Positions 40,524 to 51,344 of a stretch of DNA of 64,000 nucleotides are shown in pieces; position 1 is the first letter of the stretch; every line of letters begins with the position of its first letter. The stretch lies in contig NW_003314327.1 in assembly GCF_000143415.4 (NCBI RefSeq), forward strand, positions 666,438 through 730,437, given 5' to 3'. The notes below the pieces were generated by a model, which had not been told where the DNA came from, made no database searches, and saw only the letters and a program-made list of their open reading frames with translations. The position numbers and the translations under genes are program-made. This stretch comes from Selaginella moellendorffii. Lineage: Eukaryota > Plantae > Lycopodiophyta.

Positions 40524-42240
40524 CATACTGTCCAAACCTTTTTCTCCTTCCCTGAGTCTGCTATTGAGGTTGTTCAGAATGTGTATCTGTTCCTCATATG
40601 TAAGCTTTGACTTTGAGATGTTGTAAATAATCTCATCTGGAGTCTTGCCCACTAAAAAATAACTTTTGTGAGTAACCTTCATGTAAACACAAACAATACG
40701 TACTTTCATGACAAGCAATCTCTATTATAATATCAAACCACTCCTTTGGGCATCGAGGGTCAGACACACTAAATAATTTCTTTACCTTTGTCTTCTTTGT
40801 GTTGTTGATTTTCTTGTCAATTGCAGCTAAATGCTTCGAGAGTTCTTGATCATTTTCAGCTCGATGCAACTATGCATATGCATCTTGCTTAACCTTCACC
40901 AATGGCTGAAAACAACACAAACATTCTATGATAAGAAGTATACTTGGAAGAACATACCTTACTCCGCACAGCTGTCATAAAAGCCACTAGATTCTTGTAC
41001 CATCTATTGGCATCCTGATGACCTCGTTGATGCCGAATAAGTGATGCTAAATCATCACCATAATGGCTGCGGACTGCATCCTCGTCGAGATTGGCAAGAA
41101 ACCGGATCTGCTCGATATCATGTATTGGGCTTTGTTTCTGCACTGCAAACTGTCCCAGCCTGCAAAACACAAATTGTTAAAAGTGATTGAAGAGGGAGAG
41201 GTACTTACGCATTAATTTTGTGGCAAGCTATCACAAGCCTTGCCACATCTAGAGATCCTCTCGCGTGTACATGTCCAACCGGAACATTAATGTGATAGAC
41301 AAGATCGTCTCGGAAGCATTCTCAAATGCACTTCATCCACACGCACCAGTGATGATTCCCGTCGATAATGTAAAACATTTTCCCCACAAATTGTTAAGTC
41401 TCAGGATGGCTCATAAGCTTGATGTCAAATTCGCGGGACTTCATTTTCCAAATGTCATCCCAATCCCTCTCGATTTCCGGTGACATCGAGAGGGTATTTG
41501 TCATTCTTGGCTTGAAGACCGAAACAAGGAACGTACCTATGTTTGTCCCAAGGCCGTTCTGTTTGTATAGACTATAGATGTCCATGTTGACAAAGTGCGG
41601 TGAAGCAGACCGAACAATGTTTGTCTGAGTGAATCGACATAGTGGGATTTCTCGGATCATGTCTCCTAGGCCTTCCCACTTGAGAGATTCTAGAGTCGTG
41701 TGAATGGCCTTCTCTTTAGTTCTCAAAACTATCTCTTGGAAGCGCTTGTCGACAATGTGTTTAGGTAGCTCCACTTCTCTTTCAGCTTCAGCTATACCTC
41801 CAGTAGCACCATTATCAGATCTAGCCCCCGACTCGGGCCCAACACCCCTGTCAGGTGCACTTGGGCACTGCTCCGTTTGTGAATATGTTAAGAGTAGTGG
41901 AATTTGTGGTTGTGGCAGCAATGGTAGTGATAACAATGGTTGTGCTGGTGGTGGTGATGATGGTGGCGGTGGTGGTGGTAATGGTGGTGATGATGGTGGT
42001 GGTGGGAATGGTGGTGATGACGGTGGTGGTGGTAATGGTGGTGATGACGGTGGTGGTGGTAATGGTAGTGATGACGGTGGTGGTGGTAATGGTGGTGATG
42101 AAGGTAGAGGTGGCAATGGTGGTGAAGGTGGTGGCAGTGGTAATGGTGGTGGTGGCATTGATGGCGGTGGTGGGGGTGCATGTGGACTGGAGCTATCTGG
42201 TTGCGAAGACGGTAGAGTTGTCGCTGTGGAAATTTTTATT
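40524..42240 (-). pseudogene. 5' half of ParB-like/MTase-like gene (copy A) with Pro-rich N-terminus
   Basis: ORF 42158-41394 continues past a stop as QFVGKMFYIIDGNHHWCVW (ParB/Srx DGxHR-type motif, ~41340-41375). Later exons end ...REGEKGLDS at the LTR edge. Confidence 0.65.
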
Positions 42241-42379
42241 TAAAGGTCAACTTGATTGTCGTCCTGGATCTCATTTTCCTCATGTCTTCTCTTTGATCCA
42301 ACATCCCTCTCCTTTTGTAGTTGTTTCCGTTTCTGAAAATAAAAAAAACTCATTATAAATTATAAATGCATAAGAAGAG

Positions 42380-43270
42380 GGGAACAGGGTGTGGGCTCGG
42401 TGCAGGCGCCAGTTCACCGGCAAACCAGGCCGCCCTAAGCACCTTGGCCGGCCTATGCCAAGGCCAAGCGCCCGAGAACCTTGCCTTGGCACTTGGAGGC
42501 GGGCCGGTTTGCTGGCGAACCGGTCCACCTCCAAGCGCCAAGGCCGGCTCACGGGCGCTTGGCCTTGGTGCTTGGTGCGGGCACCAATCCGCCTCCAAGT
42601 GCCAAGGCTGGCCCGGGCCAAATGCCCGGGCCGGGCACTTGGCGCAGGCGCCAGTTCGCCCCCAAGCCCCTTGGCCGGCTCACGCCAAATGCTCGGCACA
42701 GGCACTTGGCACAGGGCCCCCAAACGCTTTGCCAGCCCGCACGGAGTGCCGGGCCTGGGCACTTGGACTTGTCTGGCTTGCGCCAAATGCCTGGTGTGGG
42801 CATTTGGCACAAGCACTTGGCGCGGGCACCGGCCCGCCCCCAAGCGCCTTTGCTGGCCTGCACGGACTTCCACCAGCACCACCTTGGTGCTGGTTTGCCA
42901 GCGTACCAGCCTGCCATGGCTGGCCCAGGTGGAGTGCCCGGCCAAATGCCCAGCCCAGGCACTTGGCAGCGGCGGCGGCAGTGCTGGGCACGGCATGGCA
43001 GCAGTGGTGCTGGGCAGTGGTGGCCCTAGGCAGCACGGCGCTGGCGTGGCGTGGCATGGCGTGGGCGATGCTGGGCAGCGGCGGCATGGCAGCGGCGGTG
43101 CTGGGCAAGTGGCGGACCTAGGCAGCGCTGCGCTAGGCGTGGCATGGTAGTGGGCGGCGCTCGGCGGCCCTGGACAGCGGCGGCCCTGTGCGTGGCGTGG
43201 TGTGGGCGCGGTAGTGCTGGCCGTGGCGGCGCTGGGCGTGGCGTGGGCGCGGGGGTGCTGGGCGTGGCGG
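42380..43270. repeat. GC-rich array of GGCACTTGG/CCAAGYGCC and GGCGTGGC units
   Basis: Many short direct and inverted copies. It lies between the divergent ParB-MTase A and MULE-like transposase starts. Confidence 0.75.
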
Positions 43271-44905
43271 CGCAGGGCGTGGCATGGGAGTGGAGGAGGA
43301 GAAAAAACTTACTCTTGGCTGCATTCTATTCCCGCAGTCACTCCCAAATCTCCTGCTCTACTTTCTGTAAAATCCTAACGCCTGCGGCCGCCCTAACCCT
43401 AACCTAACTTTCATCACAGCCATTCATCGTGGATGCAATAAATCTTCACTGTACAATAAATAATAAATCTAGCATTGTACAATTTCTATTCCGTCCTAGA
43501 TTTGATCACGTGACAAAGTCCTTTTGAGTTGTAATTTAATAATGGAGGTGTGCTCTAATATGACTATGTCATAATGTGAAATAATGTCACAGACGCATGT
43601 GTTGAATTGATCACAGTATGAAATTGTCAGAAAATATAAGATTATTAAATCATAAGGTGTTATTTCCAAAGCAATGTATATAGATAATTTACTATAGGTG
43701 ATAGATGGTAGTACAAAGATGGAATATATTTAAATGAGTTCAGAAGAATGTGATGATTTCTAGCTTTAATGAAGTACTGAAAATATGTACAATATTTAAT
43801 TTGTTTAGCAATAGTTGGTTGATGGTAGATCCTAGAATAAAATCATTCCTATTTTTCATATTATGGCACATGCTTGAGGTGATATTTCTTTCCGTTCTAC
43901 CAAAAGTTAGTGCATATAATAAATTTCAGCATGTTTTTGAATTCAATGTATATAGACTTTTAATATTGTACAACATAGTCCTTTATACTTCATATAGAAT
44001 TTATTATAACAACATTATTCGATGTTAAATCCTAGAATAAAATTGCCCTTTCTTTTCACATAATGGCATAACACATGTGAGGTGACATTTTGTTATAAAA
44101 GTTCAGAGTTCCAAAACCTAAAGACAACAAAATGGAGGGCTTCCTTTTGCATTACCAAGATCACCTACCGCTTTCTTTCTCCCAAAGTCTTATTTCAGAA
44201 AGTATTCTTTGCCGACGTTTCGATCTTTCTCTCGGTTCTATTTCAAAGCTCTATTTCGTTAAAGTGGGATTTATTCAGTAAAATGGGACTAGGTACAAAT
44301 TTTCAAGTATTTGAAAATGACGTGAAATTATATGTTTTTTGTCCAGGGGCTAGACATATCTAGGGCATGGTGACTAGCGCGGTGACCTTATGTCCAGACT
44401 GAGTCCATCTAGTTGTATAATAAATCTCATTGTCAAGGTGAACAAGCCGAATCTGAAGCTAAAGAAGAGCGATGGCATGCGCGCACACACTATTTGTTTG
44501 TTCATTGAGCGTGTGGTGAGCTTTCCAAGATGAACATCATTCCTATTAGCCAGACATATAACTTAATGGTGAGAACATTTAGATATTATTCAATGTTATC
44601 TTTTTCTAACGAATCTAATTGTGAAGGTGTAGCAAGAGGCATTGCTAGTCTGGAGAAGTCATTTAACTCATTTGACCCTTAGTGTATTTTCATGAAACTA
44701 AATAACATTCATATTATTAAGGAATTTCTCTAGTACCTTTTTTTTACGACATAGAGGCTTGCATTTCTTTCAAAGGTGATTTAGTAAAAGGCCTGAGGGC
44801 ACATGCCATTCTATTTCTCAGACCGGTATTAAGATATACTAGTGCAAAGGGAAAAAGGTATTTGGTGATCAAGTAAATGGCATGAGGGCACACGCCATTA
44901 TAAGC

Positions 44906-45163
44906 CTAAGCGCTAGTGGACACCTCCTTTTTGGTACTCTCAGCGGTACTATCATCCTTCTCCGGGTCAGTTGTTTTGCTTTGGATTGTTGTCTCTGACG
45001 TTACTGGGGCGTTCTCGATAGTTGTTAATGTTGCCGTTTGTTCAGAAAAATGATCACCTGGAGTATAGTACAGGGAGTTTGGAAGACTTATATATTCTAC
45101 ATCTTCACCTATCTCCTTCTCCGTCTCCTTTTCTGCCTCACTTACAGATTTTGTGCTTGCCAT
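44906..45163 (-). CDS. Small orphan ORF (SLPxSLYYT family), cargo of inner element
   Basis: MASTKSVSEAEKE...YISLPNSLYYTPG...NAPVTSETTIQSK, homologous to 11066-11311. Confidence 0.55.
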   Translation of the reverse strand: MASTKSVSEAEKETEKEIGEDVEYISLPNSLYYTPGDHFSEQTATLTTIENAPVTSETTIQSKTTDPEKDDSTAESTKKEVSTSA

Positions 45164-45451
45164 AAGAACGCTCTTCACTCTAAAATATGGAATTCGTTGT
45201 GTTATAAAAGGAAACCAACACACACGCTGCAAGGGAATGATGGTACATAAAGCACGTAAGCCCACAATATGGGTTTATGTGCCATTAATATGGGCCACAC
45301 GCCATATTATTAGATTTATGCACGTGTGATTGGTAAATGCATATGTCACATCATCTTTGTTTTACCTCACACACTATATCAAGCCTCCTCTGATTCAGAT
45401 TCGGATTGTTCACCTTGAAATAAAATACATTAGAAACTTTGTAAAGGAATA

Positions 45452-48117
45452 TTAATGAATCTCACCTTGAACCCGAGTTATGAATGCTCTTGCTGCATCT
45501 CTTGCATGGTCTGGCAAGGTGATGGTGGCACTCTGCTTCCGCATCCAACCATGCACAACATTATCCACCGATATGCTCATGCTGGGATCCCTTGGATTCA
45601 GCACCCATCTCTTTTCTAGGCAATCCTTCGTATATCCGGAACTTGGCTTGAACCACTCCACAGTTACATTGAAGGACTTAGTTTCCGCGTCCTCCTCTGC
45701 ATCAGTGATGCAGCGCCCCACCCATATCATTTGTTTTTTATTACTTGGTCTGACAAGCACGACCATTCCTTTGCAGACCTGTACTGGATTGAATGCTGAA
45801 TCCGGCTTCTTGTTCCTTGGCCCACAATAGTGATCCTCAACATCGTTATCTGTCACTGCATTTCCAGAGGACATTGTTCCGCTACTATCTGGTGCTCTGG
45901 GTTCTGGCCAAAAGGACTCTTCCAATTCTTCATATACAACCGGCCCATTTTGGATAGCAGATATAATCTTCTCCCAGTATTCGAGAAAAGGCTTGCACCT
46001 CTGAAAATAGGATTCTCCACCAAACACCAACCCCCTCTTCCAGAAGGCAATATGCTGTCTAATCCCGGCCACTATACTTTCCTGGTCTTTGAGTCCATCC
46101 GGGTGCATCGGCCGTGGGGAACCCTGAGGAATCATAGGTTCCCCAGTTATGGGATCTCTCTTGAAGAGTTCAATGCCGTCCACTGGCAGCCACACTGTGT
46201 CCCATTCTCTCATCTTGTACCTCATCACTGGAGCACCGTCACACATGCTGAAATGAAACTGAAGAGGCTTGGAGTGGCCAATCAGCGTTTCGGATCCGTC
46301 CCTGATGTAGCCTCTTACAAACCCCTTAAAGTCTGGAACCTCTGTCAGAAGTGCAGCTTCAACAGTGCCTTTGATGCAATTTTGGAATTCATCGTAGAGT
46401 TGTGGGAGGGTGAGGACATTGGATTGCCGGAGGGACTCTGCCAGGTGACTGAACATGGCATCGACATCTTCATGAGTGTGCCCAACCATGAGAAAGCCAA
46501 GTGTAACCGTTTCAAATATGCCTTTGGCAACAAGCATCGCCAAGTACGCGAAGACGTACATGTTTTTGTTCTCACTGCCAGCATTGTCTGTTTGGAGCAG
46601 AAGATGGGGTGGAAGGCCACATCGGCCGCAAGAACTTTTTTGAGATTCTGCTTCGTTTGGATGAGGCTGTGCATTCACCGGGCGACCAGCCTCGTCGGAA
46701 TGGCATGAGGCCTCACGTGATAACCCTACAATCTGACGGCCAACATATTCACTGGGATGGTATGGGGCCCCACGCGATACTGCAAGCCTTTGCTCCTCCT
46801 CCAGCTGAACCCTGTATGGGGTTTGATCGACAAGGGCCTTATGCAAGGGTTGGCCGTTCAGCTCAGTCTGCGCACTTTGCAGAGACCTTAAGTGTTTTGC
46901 TAGGGACGCAATCATCATGTTTGCACCCCCGCCACCCCATAGAGGTACAAAGAAGTTCCCATAGTTCTGGGCACCATGCCCATGAGCGATTATGCCAAAC
47001 AGAGACACAGGCAGCTGCATGGATGAAGAGATTGCCTTGGGGGCAGGATTGAGTCGAGGTAAGCACGTCTTTTTCTGGTCCATTTTGTCGTGGATGATGT
47101 AGAGGTAAGAGTCAGGTCTCTCCATGGAGAGAATCCTGTTATGATAATATGCAGTCCTGCAGCTTCTCTGCTCGATGTTGTGGTCGAGCCGCCTTCTAAC
47201 CAACGTCTCTCGCTCTTGAGCGCTGTAAGAATTCTTCGACAAAGCCATTTTGATAGCAGTGCACTCGTCACACTTTGAAAAGCAGGAGTACTTTCCTATA
47301 CTCACATCCCTGAACCTGTTGCTCCACAATCTACTAAATCTAGATTGGCTCAGCTTCCTGTAGCCATTACTTTGGAGTTCCCGATTCACATCTTCCAATA
47401 TGGCCCCCTTGGTATACATGGAAGGGAGAACTCGTTGGGTGTCTCGTGTTCCATCTTCCAAAAGGCGGGTTTTATGTGGTTGCTGCTCGCTACATGTCTC
47501 GACAAACCTCTTGAAGATTGCCTCTCCATATACAACATGACCCCTGGTTTGTGCGTACCGTCGTTCCCATGGACTGCCTGTTGAACCCTTTGTTCCTCGA
47601 ACTCAGTTTTGATTCTGTAGAATGTGGTTCGAGGGACTCCATAAATGATTCTCCATGCCTTCATGCAGACCAAACCCCTCTGGAAGACCATGCCCCCCAC
47701 CTGATGTTCTGAAGCATCAACAGATGACCGTAATGCCTCATACACAAAATTGCGAGCTGCCTTCCAGGACAATGTCTTGTATCTTGCTCTCTCCTCTTCA
47801 ATAGCATCCCAATCAGCATGTTGACAGCACCTCCTCTTGCAACAAGCAACTGTCGAGACCATTCGAACCTCCATCGCCATTTTCTGCCTTTTCGGTTCGT
47901 TGCTCAGATCCCTTTGGCTGCGCTTTAGGAAGGTGTACTTTCTTTTCCCATGAAGAGATGTTTTGTCATCAGTTGTAGTGGTGTTTGATTGTGAATCCTT
48001 CACATTCTCAAACACTAAGTGCCTCAATTTCCACCGCACAATGTTTCCAATAATCAGACTGTTTTCTTCTGTGTCAACAACCTCTAAAATCGCAACTCCA
48101 ATATCATCCCAGCCCAA
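45452..48117 (-). CDS. Sola-like DD(D/E) transposase, one frameshift near 47530; 5' end runs toward the N gap
   Basis: CCKRRCC...VCMKAWRIIYGV...HGN, CFSKCDEC, and catalytic-type motifs IHDKMDQ, LQTDNAGSENKN, FLMVGHTHEDVDAMFS. C-terminal beta-barrel-like tail (GMVVLVRP...WVGR...VEWF). The superfamily call rests on motif recall plus the 4-bp TSD. Confidence 0.75.
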
Positions 48118-48198
48118 ATCTTGCTAGCAACCGCATCTCTTGGATCGACAACGTTAACAAGCCCTCAGAAGCTACCAGGACGTGGTTTCGCCGTTCTC

Positions 48199-48298
48199 NN
48201 NNNNNNNNNNNNNNNNNNNNNNNNNNNNNNNNNNNNNNNNNNNNNNNNNNNNNNNNNNNNNNNNNNNNNNNNNNNNNNNNNNNNNNNNNNNNNNNNNN
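48199..48298. other. Assembly gap (100 N)
   Basis: Run of n. Confidence 1.
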
Positions 48299-49493
48299 CA
48301 AGTAGCCCGATAATGTGTCTGGTCACCGATGACGATACATGACAATACGCTAGCCATGAAATTGCAAGGGCCCAAGATGGCATGTGGCCTCATGCCATTT
48401 CTAAATGTGGTCCTAAGCCATTCCATGGTGAACATACCAGGAAGCACAAGTGCCAAATATCAAGAGGAAGCGGTAGCCACACCAAAGACAGTGCCGCTCG
48501 CAACACCGCAACTACTCGTAGCGCCGCTCGCAACACCGCAACTGCTCGTAGCGCCGCTCGCACAAACTGCCACTCGCATAAACTACCGCTCGCAATGGCG
48601 CTCGCAATGCCGCAACCGCTCGTAGACGCATAAACCACAGCCCACAACGCCGCTTACACAAGCAGCGCTCACTGCGCTCAGCGGAACCAAGAACACGGCG
48701 CACAAAAATGATAGACCTAGGAATGAGTTCGAGAATTCAAAAATAACACACGCTTGAACGTCACATCAAATCCTCTGACAAACCAGATCTTATGATTCCT
48801 CTGACAAATTTCAAACTGAGTAGCTTCTAGACTTTGCTGTCGGAGGTTGAACTTTGTCACATCATGTCCTTGCCTCGATCCAGCTGTGCCATGTTAGTGA
48901 TTCGAACTTTGCCATGCCATGTCAGCGATCCGCGCCAAGATTATTCGCCGTGTAAAGGAATAATTATGCTGTGTGTGTACGTCCATTTATGGCAATATAA
49001 GGCCACACGCCATTCAAAGAATAATGCTCGACATAAGGCCACACGCCATTCAAAGAATAATGCTCGACATAAGGCCACACGCCATTCAAAGAATAATGCT
49101 AGTCGAGCATTTTTTGGTGCATTTTTGGGTTCAAAATTGCATGAGCCCACACGCTATAAAGTTTACCTGTACCAAAAATAGAAACAGCTTTATTTACTTG
49201 GGAATTTAAGTGGTTGAGGCATTTTTAAACTTACAAACACATGCCCTACTTACATTCCTTTGGTTGCTTAAAATTCAAAAATATTATAAACCTTTCTTTT
49301 TGCATTTTCAATGTTTTCAATTATGGTTTTTGATTTTCGTAGGACCAGCCTAGTAATCTATTTGCATCCCGTCATGTTTATAGCTAGCTTTCGTTTGTCC
49401 CCTTCGCTAGCCTGAGATACATCTGCTCGGCATCTGCCTCTTACAGCATTTGCCCAGAAAGGGCATCTTTCTTCACGCAGCATTTGCCACATG

Positions 49494-49526
49494 TTTAGGG
49501 TTTAGGGTTTAGGGTTTAGGGTTTAG
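49494..49526 (+). repeat. Interstitial plant telomeric repeat (TTTAGGG)x4+
   Basis: tttagggtttagggtttagggtttagggtttag. Confidence 0.9.
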
Positions 49527-51344
49527 CAATTCAGTAGCTTGATAAACATGCAAATACAGAACTTGATGCAAAATCCTTTGATATGTCACAATGCCCCTAG
49601 GACCATAAACACATTTCAATAGAGAGGGTCCTTTCATTTCATAACTCCTTACGTAGATCTTGGTGAAACCAGAGTTAGTGAAGTTAGTTTCTTGTGATCC
49701 CGCATCTGATTGTGATGTCCCTTTGCAGTTTCGATGGAAAGGTCAATGCACACCAAACTGTAAAATCTTGGAGCAAAATAACGGTCGGATCTATGGCAAA
49801 TGCCCCTGAAACATTGTAAGGCTCGTGTGGTCTCATGTGGTGTCCGATCGAGATGCTTCTTTGTAGGGTCATCAAGAAAGACATTGTATACCATTTTGTA
49901 AAATCTAGTTGCGATCTAACGGTTGGATCTCCAGAAAACTCAAAAAAATCTCGCGCGTGTCAGAATATCCTAGGAATATACTCCTATGTGCCCTTGAAAA
50001 TGGCATGCGGCCCCACGCCATTCAAGAGATAATGCCAGATGACGCCGAGAATTTTTTGGTGCATTTTTTGGGTTCAAAATTGCATGAGCCCACAGGCTAT
50101 AAAGTTTATCTTTGCCAAATAGAGAAAAGTTTATCTGTGTCATGTGAGGTAGTTACAGTCCTTTGTGCTCGGCATCTGCCTCTTGCAGCATTTGCACTGA
50201 AAGGGAATTTTTCTCCATTCAGCATTTGGCCCTGAAAATGGCATGTGCCCACACGCCATTGAAGGAATAACGCCACAGGACGCCTGGATTTTTGGGTTTA
50301 AAATGTTTAGGGTTTTTTGGGTTTTTTCAAAATATTTTGGGTCCAACGTTTTTTGGGTTTCTTTGGTTCAAAATTGCATGAGCCCACACGCTATAATATT
50401 GATTTGAGAGAAAAATAGAAACAGATAGAATTTCTTTATTTAGCTGAACATCTGCCATTTTTGGAAATACAAGATGCTTTGGAATATCCAATCATGCATG
50501 GTATAAATATAGCGAGGGTATTAAATGATATCCCAATCATGATCTTTCTTTTGGATTTCGCGTGCATGCAGTCCGAGGAATGATGACGTTGCGGATTTCT
50601 TTTGGATTTTGCGTGCTTGCATGCGCGCGGCAATCCAGAAATTAATGGTGGCGCCCAAGTCCGAGGAATGATGACGTGGCGGGATTACCAACCGTTGTGA
50701 CATTTCGCGCGTGTGAGGTTAGGTTTTGCATTTTGCTTTGTACTCGTGCTCGCACACTCGCGCTCGCACTCGCATCACACTCGCGCTCCCACTCGCATCA
50801 CGCTCCCACTCGCGATCACGCTCACTTCTCTACAGGTTTCTCGTGTGCATCGGCGTCCACTCGCGCTTGCATCACACTCGCGCTCGCATCGCGCTCGTGT
50901 GCATCGTCGTCCACTTCAAGACACACCCAGTTTGTAACTTCGCTGCCAACTCCGCCGCCCACTCCACCACCCACACGCAGCCCACTTGGCGTCCCGGGAG
51001 ATTTCAGCACCACTCTCCAACTGTAAGTGGCAGAGTAGCCTTGCTGCTACGATCCGCTGCACACACAGTGCACATTCGCCAGCGAGTCCGGCCTCGATTG
51101 TCACGGCCTCCATTCGGCTTCAAATAGTAAGTCTTTTAGACCAAGTAGAAAATGGCATGAGGCCACATGCCATTCAGTAGCAACATTGGCATGCACCGAT
51201 TGGGCTCTCGAGTGCAGTCCGGTTACAGATGGCGTGTAGCCTCACGCCATCTTAGGATGCAGCCTCAAGACATCTGATGCAGTGGTGAATGGCGTGTGGC
51301 CTCACGTTATTTCCAGCTGCTAGCTTTTCATCTGTCAGCTCTAA

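Noticed and set aside
42280-43407. Multiple 120-250-aa ORFs
   Set aside because: GC-rich repeat region depleted of stop codons, with no recognisable protein.
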